Part shown: piece by piece, positions 21,911 to 32,997 of the stretch | Numbering within the stretch: the first letter of the stretch is position 1 | How the letters are laid out: each line of letters opens with the position of its first letter | IMG/VR virus record: IMGVR_UViG_3300046517_002304 | Span: 372,001-436,000 of that record | Length of the DNA: 64,000 bases | Direction: 5' to 3' (one strand) | Notes under the pieces: model-generated | Told to the model about the DNA's origin: nothing | Database searches by the model: none | The model's input: the letters and a program-made list of their open reading frames with translations, nothing else | Program-made: the position numbers and the translations under genes

Positions 21911-22416
21911 ACTATTCCCAGTCGTCCTCATACTCAAAATCAATACTATTGTTCGTTCGCTCTTCCTCAGGAAAATCATGGGGGAATACTCTACCGCGAA
22001 CTATATCGTTAACGCCAGGAAAATGCTTCTCTAATTCACCAGAAAAGAACTTAGCCTTGCCTACACCGCATTGATAGATCAATATCCCTAAACAATTCGG
22101 ATGATAACTCTTAAAATGCTTCAGGTAGTCATACTTAGTGGGACTTGGAGTTACGGCGATAGTGTTAATCCCGCCAAATGTCTTATCAAGTAAACCAAGC
22201 AGCTTTGCAGTCGTCCAACGAGGCTCTCCCTTACGGAAGGTCGGAAACCCATCAATCAAAAAGCGCAAAAAGAAATTGCCAATTTCAATTGCCGAAGAAC
22301 TGCCGATAGCATGAAAGAAATTCTCTGTAGGATATAAAGTAATAGCGCACGGAGCACCTTCCACATAAATGATTACCGGCTTTGTCATGCATTTTTCCTT
22401 CGGGGCAATGATTGTT

Positions 22417-22427
22417 ATGGATAACTA
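22417..22427 (-). repeat. junction motif copy 8
   Basis: Exact; TAG is the stop of 22425..22805. Confidence 0.95.
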
Positions 22428-22805
22428 ATAATCAAAAGTTTGCACAACTTCATCATCTTCAATCGCGTCGGTAAATCCCCAATCATCCAAAAAATCTTGC
22501 AGGTCTTGTTTCTTATCTGCGCAAAACGTAGTAGTTTCTCCGTTGCCCGCGACATACTCATCTTCGTTAATATAAACAACCCTTTTTTTGCCTTTAATTA
22601 AAGGGATTCCGCCTAGCTTCTTTTTCTTCCCTATATCAGCGCAACCATTCTCAAGATCATAGACCCATCCGTGAATGGTATGCGATGTACCATAAAACTG
22701 ATCGTCAAGGAATTCACGTAGATTAACATTCAAATTCGGCGGAAGACGATCCCTATCGCCGCCCGCAAAAACAGTTGCTTTAAATGGAACTACGTCTGCA
22801 CTCAT
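22425..22805 (-). CDS. hypothetical protein, tandem paralog of 22816..23205
   Basis: Shared DVVPFK, NVNL..FLD, VY(I/V)NE.EY, GET.TFC, DWGF motifs. Confidence 0.7.
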   Translation of the reverse strand: MSADVVPFKATVFAGGDRDRLPPNLNVNLREFLDDQFYGTSHTIHGWVYDLENGCADIGKKKKLGGIPLIKGKKRVVYINEDEYVAGNGETTTFCADKKQDLQDFLDDWGFTDAIEDDEVVQTFDY

Positions 22806-22815
22806 GTTCTGCTCC

Positions 22816-23205
22816 TTAATCGGTCATGTGAACTTTTTTATTACGCTCAATAATGTCATCAAAACCCCAATCATTACAAAACTCTATTAACGACTCTTCG
22901 TTATTAGAGCAAAAAGTACTAGTTTCTCCACCCACATTAGAATACTCATGCTCATTAACATAATAAACAGTTTTATCTCCCTTTACGAAAGGTGTGCCAT
23001 GTAATCTTTTATTTTTCCCAAGCATAGGAAATTTATTATAATCAAACTTCCACTCTTTTATCGCCCCTACATACTCATCCTCGCATATCAAATCCAAAAA
23101 TACCTTAAGGTTAACGTTTGCGGTATCCGGCGGATGATTCGTATCTCCATCAACCAATGGCGTTATTTTAAATGGAACAACGTCTGAAGTGGCATGTCTT
23201 CCCAT
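22816..23205 (-). CDS. hypothetical protein, tandem paralog of 22425..22805
   Basis: Likely start MGRHATSDVVPFK, which avoids overlap with the upstream gene. Confidence 0.65.
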   Translation of the reverse strand: MGRHATSDVVPFKITPLVDGDTNHPPDTANVNLKVFLDLICEDEYVGAIKEWKFDYNKFPMLGKNKRLHGTPFVKGDKTVYYVNEHEYSNVGGETSTFCSNNEESLIEFCNDWGFDDIIERNKKVHMTD

Positions 23206-23206
23206 T

Positions 23207-24214
23207 TTAGCACCTTGCGAGAAATTGCTGTTTGACATCATCGATAGAATTATCAAAAACAAAATCCAAATATTCGTTCTTATTGCTAAAGGACTTAATA
23301 AACTTCTCTATGGCATCGCCTAAATCTTTACCGTTCTTTCCACTCCATTGTGAAGCTAGCTCGCCATTAAACTTAGATTTAATCAATTTGCTTCTTTCAT
23401 AACCTATCTTGGCTAACTCCAATTCGCCTTTAAGGTGAGGAAAAGCAACTATGATCATCGGCAGATAAGAATTTTTCTTATCATCAAACTGATACTGAGA
23501 ATACTTATGTTTATTAACTTCCAGCCATTCCAAGAAATACTTGTACGTATTTCTCTTTTTATTTCTGGTTCTGTTGGCCGTGTTCAGATTTTCATACTTG
23601 AACTTGTCCGCGTTAAAATGCCTGCCACGACAAACCCAATCAAACATTTCTTCCAAGGTATCAAAACCATTCTGGAAATGCTTATAGTCAAACCCGCAAA
23701 AATTCAATATCTCTTCTGGGTTTTTACTCAGGCAAACATCCCGCAAGATATGCGTATTATTAGCGCCATCTTCAATATGCTCTGGCCTAATGGTAAAAAA
23801 TAGCCCCATGTGACCATATTTCAGGCCGATAGAGTGGAAAGACCTGCCGCAAAGATTTCCAGCATCGTTCCAAGAGTAATACGCCAAAGCAATATCAAAA
23901 TCATCTGGACGAACGTAAATAAAATCTATCTGGAAGTCTTTATATGGGAAAGAGTAGCATTCCCCATTATGGATTGGGTCTACATTGAAAAGTTTTTGTA
24001 TAACTTCTCTAGGATTAACATCATCATAAGATTTAATTAAAATATCGGCATCGCCAAAATCTGGCTTGCTGCGATATGATGGAATTACAATATAATCGTC
24101 TTTATGATACCGTAGTTGTAAACCATACTCAATTTCAGAAGTAATCTGCCTATATTCTTCGGCGGATATACGTCTAGGCTCAATGCCGAAAGCACGAATT
24201 GCACGACCGCCCAT
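23207..24214 (-). CDS. phage nucleotidyltransferase (Pol-beta/X superfamily)
   Basis: PSYRSKPDFGDADIL, FQIDFI, SWNDAGNLCGR..H..GLKYGH.GL. Confidence 0.7.
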   Translation of the reverse strand: MGGRAIRAFGIEPRRISAEEYRQITSEIEYGLQLRYHKDDYIVIPSYRSKPDFGDADILIKSYDDVNPREVIQKLFNVDPIHNGECYSFPYKDFQIDFIYVRPDDFDIALAYYSWNDAGNLCGRSFHSIGLKYGHMGLFFTIRPEHIEDGANNTHILRDVCLSKNPEEILNFCGFDYKHFQNGFDTLEEMFDWVCRGRHFNADKFKYENLNTANRTRNKKRNTYKYFLEWLEVNKHKYSQYQFDDKKNSYLPMIIVAFPHLKGELELAKIGYERSKLIKSKFNGELASQWSGKNGKDLGDAIEKFIKSFSNKNEYLDFVFDNSIDDVKQQFLARC

Positions 24215-24832
24215 GGCTATTCAATCCCTAGAAGTTCGTCCTTAACTCGTTCTTTCCTAGTTTTCGTATGGGTAGCGGTACACTTAGAAACAATATTCAA
24301 ACAGTATCCAAGTCCAAGAAGGGTATCATGAACGCGATTATAATCTTTGCTCACAGCAATTTTAGTTTTATGAGATAGATCAGTATAATCTACAGAACCA
24401 AACCGAGAAAGACTGGAATAACACTTGCAAAATTTCCCAGAAATATCCGTAGGCACTTCAGGAAAAACTGCAACTATTTCTCCAGTCTTTCTGCTAATTC
24501 GGTAAATCACATCCAACGACATTATTACGCCACCTTTTGGTTAATAATGTCGTAGTAGGTGTGAAAGCAGGATTCGTGAGTACAATACACCCGACTCTTC
24601 TCACGATACCGCTTGAAGCGATGCGTGCGACGAATGTGTGTATGGCACAGGAGGCACTCAGCAGTGTCCCCTTTAGATTTCATGGTGGGAAGGTGCTCCC
24701 ACTTGTACATCAGGTCGCCTCTACTGAGTCCGGCAGGCCCGGCTACAGTAATAGAATCAGCAGTTCGCTTGTTTCTAAGACCATCTGAATCTTCAGTACC
24801 AAACATCATCGCACCACATTTCCAATTATTTG

Positions 24833-25039
24833 TTACTCGTCGTCATCTTCCTCGTCTAAGGTATCAACCTCAAACTCGTCTTCGTCGTCAATGTCAAGTT
24901 CATCAAACTCTTCGTCAAATTCGTCTTCATCAAAATCGTCGTCTTCAACTTCTTCATCGTCGTCAAAGTCGTCTAACTCTGAATCGGTTCCGTTGCCCCA
25001 TCCATCTTCGTCTTCAATTTCTTCTTTGTCGTTCAGCAT
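24833..25039 (-). CDS. extremely acidic small protein
   Basis: 68 aa, majority Asp/Glu with interspersed Phe/Leu. Confidence 0.65.
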   Translation of the reverse strand: MLNDKEEIEDEDGWGNGTDSELDDFDDDEEVEDDDFDEDEFDEEFDELDIDDEDEFEVDTLDEEDDDE

Positions 25040-25077
25040 GATTGCGTTCCTGTTTAATGAACCATCAATGATTTGTC

Positions 25078-25088
25078 ATGGATAACTA
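25078..25088 (-). repeat. junction motif copy 9
   Basis: Exact; in-frame second stop 3 nt after the map TAA. Confidence 0.95.
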
Positions 25089-25091
25089 ACA

Positions 25092-25838
25092 TTATAGCCA
25101 AATCTCACTGTCTGTCAAGATTTCTGCATGGTTTTTACATACTAAAATTGTATGCTCAAATTGCGCAGACATTCCACCATCCTTTGTTCGCGCAGGCCAT
25201 CCTTCCATAATAATCTCTGAACTACCTGTGTTGATAATCGGTTCAATGGTAAAAGTCATACCCTCATCAATAATCTGACCGCTGTCCTTTTCTGCTTCAT
25301 GATAAATGGTCGGGGATTCATGAAACTCTAGGCCAACTCCATGCCCTGTAAAAGAGCTACAAACAGAAAAACCACATCGGTTAACATACCGACTTATTTC
25401 ATACCCAATGTTGCCTAAGTAATTGCCATTCTTTACTTGCTTTATTCCGATATACAAAGAGTTTTTTGCTACCTGTAACAGCTTTGCCGCATTATGGCTT
25501 ACTTCGCCTACTGGATAGGTAAAACAGGTATCTCCATAATATCCGTCAACTATAGTCGCAACATCAATGCCAACTATGTCACCGTTTTTAATTACAGTGC
25601 CGTCTGGTATACCATGACAAACAAAATTATTAACGGATATACATGTCGCAGCAGGAAAACTTTTATAGTTCAAAGGCGCAGGTATACCGCCATTTTTTCT
25701 TATAAAATCTTCTATTAGATTGTTCAGCTCTAGTGTAGTTACGCCTGCTTTAACGAACGGCTTAATAAAAACTAAAACATCAGCAGATAGCTTGCTGCTT
25801 TTTCTAATACCGGCGATTTCGCTATCTGTTTTAATCAA
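25092..25838 (-). CDS. map: type I methionine aminopeptidase
   Basis: CISVN..VCHGIP, GDIVGIDV, GYYGDT, FTGHGVG..FHE, FTIEPI, SAQFEHT. Confidence 0.95.
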   Translation of the reverse strand: MIKTDSEIAGIRKSSKLSADVLVFIKPFVKAGVTTLELNNLIEDFIRKNGGIPAPLNYKSFPAATCISVNNFVCHGIPDGTVIKNGDIVGIDVATIVDGYYGDTCFTYPVGEVSHNAAKLLQVAKNSLYIGIKQVKNGNYLGNIGYEISRYVNRCGFSVCSSFTGHGVGLEFHESPTIYHEAEKDSGQIIDEGMTFTIEPIINTGSSEIIMEGWPARTKDGGMSAQFEHTILVCKNHAEILTDSEIWL

Positions 25839-26131
25839 GATGATCGGCTTCTTATGAAAGAATTTTTACTTGTATTTACCATGCTTTTCAAACTGCCAAG
25901 ATGAATGAACTTAATTTTATCTATTAATAAAACTTCTTTCCACTGCATTGTATTATAATCGGCTGTTGCGTGCTTATACGAAAAGTAAATACCATCATCC
26001 TGAATAACTTGAAATTCAACTACGTCGCCAGCGTGCATCAGGTCAGTATTATGAGGATATCTGCCCTTGGATTTATTGCTTAATATTTTAAACTTATAAG
26101 TTCCAGGTACTTTTATTTTAGATTTCGGCAT
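25835..26131 (-). CDS. hypothetical protein with C-terminal 'KF..L..(I/V/L).S..SF.R' motif
   Basis: KIKFIHLGSLKSMVNTSKNSFIRSR. Confidence 0.55.
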   Translation of the reverse strand: MPKSKIKVPGTYKFKILSNKSKGRYPHNTDLMHAGDVVEFQVIQDDGIYFSYKHATADYNTMQWKEVLLIDKIKFIHLGSLKSMVNTSKNSFIRSRSS

Positions 26132-26447
26132 TTCTGGTTCTTACAAATGAAGGCGATGGGCATCTGCACAAGCTAACTATCGCATTCAAAGATGCAAATT
26201 TTACCTTTTGATTACCCATAAACCTCACTTCGTCATAGCCAATTTGATGACTTTTACAACTATTTTCGCCTGATAACTTATAATGAAAGATATTACGTTC
26301 AACCGCCACAACAAACAAATCAGCTAACTCTCCGATTTTCAAAAGCCTATTCTCTGTTGGATGGTTTGCATGAGAATAATTTCTTAAAACCTTCACTTTA
26401 ACAATTTTTCCGGCTCTGATGTTTTGCACATTAGTACCCAGTACCAT
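26118..26447 (-). CDS. hypothetical protein with the same C-terminal motif
   Basis: KVKFASLNAIVSLCRCPSPSFVRTR. Confidence 0.55.
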   Translation of the reverse strand: MVLGTNVQNIRAGKIVKVKVLRNYSHANHPTENRLLKIGELADLFVVAVERNIFHYKLSGENSCKSHQIGYDEVRFMGNQKVKFASLNAIVSLCRCPSPSFVRTRNAEI

Positions 26448-26815
26448 GCAAACGGAAAATTACCAAAGACCATATAACTTCTGCCATCGGCAACTTATAC
26501 GGAAAATTCTTATGTAGCCATTGTACTAGCGTGCCCATGCCAAAAGCAGCATTCGTCTTATAAATCTCATAGAATTGATCGGCCAAATCAGAATCTGAAT
26601 AAACAGAAATATTCTCCAGCAATATTTTCTCTGCTTCTTCTACCATCACTCTATGAATATCTCTTAAGGTTTTTTCTTTATACGCCGCCGACAAAACACG
26701 ATTCGTATTCTTTCTGTTGCTGAAAAAATACTTTTCATAAACGTCAAGCGTTTGTAAGCCGATCCCTAATTTTCTTAGGGCAGGATACAATGTCGTATGA
26801 TTAAAATCAACTTTA

Positions 26816-27340
26816 TCACTCTCCAATTTTCACTTCCTCTTCTTGAGGCGCTACTTGTGTAGCTTCTTCTTCTTTTTTCTTATACAGCAAGTGGCCTTTT
26901 GGCTCTAGCTTGGCGTAACTCTTAGGAAAGCACAATCTAAATAAATTGATGGACCAAGTACATGTTTTTACTTCGTTCTTTCCTAAGGCATGTCCGTATT
27001 CATGTAAGAACACTACCACTGAATATTTGCCGTCAGATTCTGGTTCCATAAATATGGTCTTGGCCATCGGGAAATAACAGCTCGGAACACCTGGTTTAAA
27101 AATTAACGTAGGCACTGGAATATTGTAAATCGCAGACAAGGCCACATTTAGCTTTTGAAACTTAACATATTGAACCTTCGGACTACCGCGCCATGGTCTT
27201 GTTTTCTTAAAAGCCATTACGGCTTCAAGCACTTCCTTTTTATACTTGATATCGTCATCAAGCACTTCCGCAACAGTTTTCGGATACGGATCTCGCCATC
27301 TGATTAATATATTTGCTATAAGGGCCAAAATCTTCTTCAT
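26816..27340 (-). CDS. putative zinc metallopeptidase-like protein
   Basis: VVVFLHEYGHAL (HExxH). Confidence 0.5.
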   Translation of the reverse strand: MKKILALIANILIRWRDPYPKTVAEVLDDDIKYKKEVLEAVMAFKKTRPWRGSPKVQYVKFQKLNVALSAIYNIPVPTLIFKPGVPSCYFPMAKTIFMEPESDGKYSVVVFLHEYGHALGKNEVKTCTWSINLFRLCFPKSYAKLEPKGHLLYKKKEEEATQVAPQEEEVKIGE

Positions 27341-27777
27341 GATCTAATTCCTTTAACAATTTCTGAAACATCTTTGCCGTTAAATACGCAATTCATCTTT
27401 CTAAGCTCTGCCATTGAGAGCTTAATGGCCAACCCATCATTGGATTGATTTTTAATCTGCTCATAGAAAGCATTTAAGAAGATGATAACATCATCTTTGC
27501 TCATGGTAGCTGGCAAAAATTCAGAAAGAATTTCATTCTCCTGAATTAACTTTACCTTAGTCAAGTTAGATTGACTTGCTTTCATGGTTTCTTCGTTATT
27601 GCTAATAATCTTTCTTAGGATATTCTGTCTACCTTCCTCAGTCAATGGGCTACGAGATTCCACTAACTCAATTTCAGAAATAGCAACACGCAAAATATCC
27701 TTGCGGCCTTCCTGTTGTTTCTTAACGGCGGAAAGCAAGCTGGATTTAAGTCTAGTATTAAGTTCGCTAGTTAGCAT
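27337..27777 (-). CDS. GatB/YqeY domain protein
   Basis: LKSSLLSAVK...ILRVAISEI...ENEILSEFLP..MS...GKDVSEIVK. Confidence 0.8.
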   Translation of the reverse strand: MLTSELNTRLKSSLLSAVKKQQEGRKDILRVAISEIELVESRSPLTEEGRQNILRKIISNNEETMKASQSNLTKVKLIQENEILSEFLPATMSKDDVIIFLNAFYEQIKNQSNDGLAIKLSMAELRKMNCVFNGKDVSEIVKGIRS

Positions 27778-27785
27778 GATTTTTC

Positions 27786-28079
27786 CTAGAATGGCATGTT
27801 CTTGATTGTTTCAATGATATCTGCTGCTTCTTTTAATTTGCCCAATTTATACTCATCAACTTTAGCCTTGAAATCCAAACGTAATGTACCAATTTTAAAC
27901 TGAGCAACCTCTTCGGAAGAATGTACTAGCCATTTGCGCAATATCCAACCCTGTGTTATTTTTTTCCCAGTATAGTCTATCGGAGATTGAAATACGTTAA
28001 ACCCCTTTAGATTATAATAATAAAACATATGATGTTTTGTAAAACCCATCTCTTCCAAGTATTTTACGTCATCTTCCAT
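27786..28079 (-). CDS. hypothetical protein, 'LxxxGF' paralog family
   Basis: YLEEMGF; KLGKLKEAADIIETI helix. Confidence 0.55.
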   Translation of the reverse strand: MEDDVKYLEEMGFTKHHMFYYYNLKGFNVFQSPIDYTGKKITQGWILRKWLVHSSEEVAQFKIGTLRLDFKAKVDEYKLGKLKEAADIIETIKNMPF

Positions 28080-28080
28080 C

Positions 28081-28653
28081 TTAATTACCTGAATAGGTTC
28101 GCCATATCAACAAATCAAACTCGCTAATATTCATGCCGAATGGCACAAGTGTTAAAAACAACTGCTCAACCGCATGATATACTGCATCATTTGACGGAGT
28201 AGAACGAGGGACTTTATAACCTAAATCTGATAGATACCGCAGTAAATGTCTGTCAATAACTGCATACCTTGCGTTTCTTCTAGTATGCAGAATAAATCCT
28301 CTACTAGATTTCTTACCTATCCCCTTTACCTGTTCTAAATCATAACAAGAACAGCTTCGTAGATCAATATCAAGATTCACTAAACCCCACAAGGTTTTAG
28401 ATTTTAACCTGTAGCAACCTATCCCAAAACTTTTGAGTAAATCCGGCAGGTCATAAAACCCAAAACTTTTTATCAAACAAAAAGGCGAAAGATACCCATA
28501 TTCATGACGTAAAAAAGCAAGCATCTTTTCTAAGTTAGCCGCTGCTACTCTACCATTTTTACCAGCAGCCAAAACCCAAAAAAGCATTAACTCTTCTAAT
28601 TCATAATAAGTTCGTTCATAATTTGTTATATTACTTACATCTACCATAATCAC
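28081..28653 (-). CDS. HhH DNA glycosylase (8-oxoguanine glycosylase-like)
   Basis: LEQVKGIGKKSSR HhH motif followed by AVIDRHLLRYL. Confidence 0.75.
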   Translation of the reverse strand: MIMVDVSNITNYERTYYELEELMLFWVLAAGKNGRVAAANLEKMLAFLRHEYGYLSPFCLIKSFGFYDLPDLLKSFGIGCYRLKSKTLWGLVNLDIDLRSCSCYDLEQVKGIGKKSSRGFILHTRRNARYAVIDRHLLRYLSDLGYKVPRSTPSNDAVYHAVEQLFLTLVPFGMNISEFDLLIWRTYSGN

Positions 28654-30299
28654 ATTGCAGGTAAAAACATCTTATACTTAATTAAAAATTGTTTGGCGTT
28701 TCTAAAATTGTGCTTCATTAATGCATATGCGCTAGTGCTAGTCCGGCAGGCCGAATTGTTGCGCATTAAGTTGGTGTTCATATTGATCATTTTAAGAGCA
28801 GCACTTATAATAATCTGTCCAATGCGCCGTGCTTCCATCTTACTTAATGGCTCAATGTGATGTGTGTCAAAAGACTTAAGAGAAATATTCTTATTTAACA
28901 AATTGTCATTTCTAATATCTCCATAAACCCATACGACTGTACCGCTCACCAACCTTACGCTGTCTGACAAATTATGCGCAACAAAAATTACTTTAGGCTC
29001 GGCATTATGACAAAATAGCCTGTGGTTGCTCACATGAACCTCTTTAGCAACCATATTAGCTTTTTAAGTTGAGATAAGGCTATAGCAATATCGCCGCCAT
29101 GCAAGCGATAAAAAGATGCATTCCTACTTGGCGCGGCAGGTGAAGCAATAAACATGTGCTTCTTCTTATGTATCTTCGTTAACAAATAACGACAATGACG
29201 AACTATAAATCTTCTTAGTTGCCTGCGATCTAAATCACTCACTTTAATAACGCTTTCGCAATAAGTCTTACGACTAAAAAATAACTTTCCTTTGCGGCCT
29301 GAAATTAATTCGTCAACAGGAAATTCATCTAAAAATTTTTCAATCAGCCTTGGTAATGGCGTTCCATCAGAATTCCATAAGGGAATAAGCGTGTATAACA
29401 TACATCCATCATTTCCCTGATCAATTTTTTCTAATAAAAAAACTTCTGTGGATGCAGCCTTTAAGTTTTTTTTAACAGCCGTAAATTCAATCATCATATT
29501 GAGGGCACCTCCGCAACAACTGCATAAATCTCACAATATGCTCCGTATTTCGGATAATACTACATATTCTTCTAATATATGGAGGCCACGACTTAGTGTC
29601 TTTCATTCTACCATCTGAAATACAACGAAAAAGACCAAGCGCCTTTATAGGCAGGCTTTCTACAAGAGGCTTAAGCAAGATGTCTATTTCCTTTATTCTA
29701 TATTTAGGAATAGACTCAACCCACGCATCACTGCTAACTTCGGTAATCTCTGGCAAAGATAGCAAATTTACGTTGCTGGCAACAGTATTATAGAAATTCC
29801 AGAATATATAAGCCTTTTGCTGCTTGTTATCAACAAAGCTACAGATACAGTCGTTTAATCTGAATAAGTAGCCCACATTTTTATTCATAATGTCGGGCAT
29901 TTTATTCCTTATTATCAGCTACATTGTTTAATCTCGCTGCAAATTTTAATAATTTTACCATAACCTGAATAGCGGACTTAATTTCGCCTGGACAATACTG
30001 TATGGCATCAATAGTCGCATCATCATCCACAATTTGCTCTCTCAAAAACCTCAAGTCGCCCATATCATCCGCAAGTTTATCCAAAACTAAACCAAATACT
30101 TTTTTCCTTATATGCAAAACAACATCTTTAGGAGGGGGAACAATATTAATGATACAAGTGACGACAGGGTGTGGCAAAGAAAGCAATGTATTCATGTTCT
30201 CTACATCGCTAACGTCCTTGTTCCATACAAATTTAGCGTTAAGCGTAGAAGTAGACTTGGTATCTACTTGCCATAACGTATTATCCTTCCACGAAAACC

Positions 30300-30668
30300 T
30301 TATTCCTTCCATGATGACCCACAATCATCCATACCTTCCGTGTCCATCTGGAAAACGTAGGCAATAATGGGTTTTGGAATAGGCGGAACTACGCCATCTG
30401 ACATTATCTCTACTTCTTCTCTGGCATACATTCCAAAGTGAACGCCCTCAATGCGGTCAAGATAATTCATTAAATCGTCGTCAACTTCCCATAATTCGCC
30501 AATAATACTGGTTCCATTTCCATCATTTACAAGTGCAGGAAACGATCCAGTATTATATAAACGATAAAATGGAGTCGTCATCGCGGATCGTAGAAACTTC
30601 GCATTCTTCAAAATATGATTACGGCAGCAGCCTTTTTTCAAAGTTCCATAGATAAATAAGGTTGTCAT
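30300..30668 (-). CDS. gamma-glutamylcyclotransferase family protein
   Basis: LFIYGTLKKG..RNH, FPALV, GELWEV, LDRIEG; start taken at MTTLFIY. Confidence 0.88.
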   Translation of the reverse strand: MTTLFIYGTLKKGCCRNHILKNAKFLRSAMTTPFYRLYNTGSFPALVNDGNGTSIIGELWEVDDDLMNYLDRIEGVHFGMYAREEVEIMSDGVVPPIPKPIIAYVFQMDTEGMDDCGSSWKE

Positions 30669-31283
30669 TCTCATCTCCTGTTTGAAGTTCTTATCCACGA
30701 TGAACAAACCGCACTTCTAGCATCTTCAGATACAAGAGACTTAATTAAGTTCATATCAAGATATTTAAACTTATTGGGTTTTGAAAAGGTTGCACTTGCT
30801 AATTGTAGAAAACTTAACTCATTCATTCCAATTATAGCACAGGAATACAAATCAGACAAGGCTAAGCGAAAATACTTATCCCTATCCATCATAGAAGAGC
30901 TAAGGCAATATGCTCTCCCGAGATAAAAATCTACATTCGTTTTGATTTTAACCCCATTAATATGGAAATATAAGTTAGTAAATAAATTCAGCGGCCCGGA
31001 ACGGCCGCACATTGACAAAAGATGTCCATAATTCCATATCTCATGGGACTTTGCCCAGTTGTTTTTCTTACAATTTATATATTGCTTAACTAAGGTATCC
31101 CAACAAGTATAGCGGTGAACTCTTTGTACTTTATCAGAAAGTAAATGCGTGCTATTTTTACAGTACTGAAAGATAAAATCAAAAATTTTATCTTCGGTCT
31201 TAACAATAAACACATGATCGTCGAATTTAATTTTATATGCCATATTAGCTCAAAAAATAAAGTAATGCGGTTAATTTGCAACT

Positions 31284-31500
31284 ACTACTAGCCGACACTT
31301 CCATCCGAAGATGTTGTCCTGCCTTGTAGCAGCCGGAGGCCACGCATCATTCTCCACCAGTTTGTACCGACAACCGGTCGTCTCTTACGTTGCTCAAGAG
31401 ATTTAACCCTCTCTTACAACGGTTGTTCTGGGACAGATGGTCTTCTGATCGCTCCCAGCGTTTTCTGGCTAACAACTAACCAGTCCGACTTAACGGAACT
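31284..31500 (-). ncRNA. candidate structured non-coding RNA (about 200 nt)
   Basis: GC-richer gap without a convincing ORF; closing stem GTTGTTAGCC/GGCTAGTAGT; nested CTGGGA/TCCCAG, CAACCG/CGGTTG, AAGAGA/TCTCTT, CTGC/GCAG stems and a C(UUCG)G tetraloop. Confidence 0.5.
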
Positions 31501-31938
31501 AATTAAATAACGCTTACAAATTCGCTTTTTCTTCGTCAATTTTACGACTTAACAAATCAATCAAGGATGAAATTTCATCCATCTTTTCAGCGCGTTTCGC
31601 TTTACGGTGTAAGGAGAGTTTACCGACAGATATTTTCTCAATCTTAACAGAAGGGGAACATCGCCTTGGGGTCAAAACATCTTTGTCCAAGAAGGCAAAT
31701 ACAGATACCTTACTAGCGACTTTTTTAATAACTGGCTTTAGTTTTTTCGGTTTAATAGAAGCAATAGATGCAACAGCCTTCTTCTTTTTAACTGCTAAAA
31801 CTGGAACCGCTTCTGGCCTACCTTCTCTTCGTACATTTACAACTTTATAAATTCCGCTATAAACCAACTGATGCGGATACTTACGTCGCAACCATCGGAG
31901 ATAGGAGTTTCTGATTCTGACTAAATCGCCAACTTCAA

Positions 31939-32982
31939 TCATACCAGCCCTTTCTTTGATAAAACCTTTAGACCACTATCGGTAATGTGATACCTGTTTG
32001 ATACCTGAACCAATGGTTTAGTATCTAAACTTGACAGTAGTAATAAGGGCATAATATGAACTTCCATTTCCTCTGTGCTCACGCCTACGGCACTACAAAG
32101 CGACTTCAAAGATTTTCCATGTTCCTTGTTCATAGCAAGTGCTATCATAACATCTATCTGCTTTTTGTCAATACCGTCTTCATCAATACCTTTTCTTTTG
32201 GCGACAATTTCTACCGCATCAAGAATACCGACATTCATTCTTTTAGACGCAAATAATGCCTGCTGACTAAAGGCAATAGCTTGTCTTGGAATTTTCGTAA
32301 GCTGTGCCACTTTCATACAAGCTGCCGCTACCCAACCAGTATTCATCGCAACAATTTCCGCAACTTCAGACAACGTGTAGGATTCTAATCTAACAGATAT
32401 AAATCTGGACTCAAACGGCAAAGGCAGTTGTCCTCGTTCCGTTGTAGCCACTACCCAATAAACGTTTTTACAGTCTAATTCCTCTCGGGCCGTCACCAGG
32501 CGAGAAGTTTTTTGCTCTAAAGCCGCCAATAATACTTCCCTCGCATGAGCCGGCAATGAGTGAATTTCATCCATAAAAATCACCATCGGAGGAATTTCGT
32601 AATAATCCTTACCGTTCACTTTGCTAAGAGGCGTCAGTCCAAGATATTCTTCTTCTAACTTCTTGTCTATTCTATCAAATAAGTATTCAGCAGTCAATAC
32701 TTCTCCTGCTTGAAGCTCTAGAAATGGCAGTTCCAGCACATCGGCAAAAAGCTTGGCGACGGTGGTCTTGCCAACGGATCTTGGGCCAGCGAGTAAAATA
32801 TTCACGCCAGATGCGGCTCTATCTTCTTTGAGCAATCCGGCAAAGGCAAGATCAGACAATGCGTCAATGGCATTATCATTGCCGATGAAGTTAGAGAAAG
32901 AACATGACGGATTATCTCTGTCAAGTAACAGTCGGATTTCGTCCGGCGACAAGGCATCAAAGATGCGTTTGGCTTGTGTCAT
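31939..32982 (-). CDS. ruvB: RuvB-like Holliday junction branch-migration ATPase
   Basis: FSNFIG, LLAGPRSVGKTT, IFMDEIH, VATTERGQL..PFESRF, PRQA, GIDEDG and C-terminal winged helix. Confidence 0.75.
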   Translation of the reverse strand: MTQAKRIFDALSPDEIRLLLDRDNPSCSFSNFIGNDNAIDALSDLAFAGLLKEDRAASGVNILLAGPRSVGKTTVAKLFADVLELPFLELQAGEVLTAEYLFDRIDKKLEEEYLGLTPLSKVNGKDYYEIPPMVIFMDEIHSLPAHAREVLLAALEQKTSRLVTAREELDCKNVYWVVATTERGQLPLPFESRFISVRLESYTLSEVAEIVAMNTGWVAAACMKVAQLTKIPRQAIAFSQQALFASKRMNVGILDAVEIVAKRKGIDEDGIDKKQIDVMIALAMNKEHGKSLKSLCSAVGVSTEEMEVHIMPLLLLSSLDTKPLVQVSNRYHITDSGLKVLSKKGLV

Positions 32983-32997
32983 TTATTTGCTAAATTT

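Noticed and set aside
24891-25085. Ser-rich plus-strand ORF
   Set aside because: Antisense shadow of the acidic protein's GAN codons.
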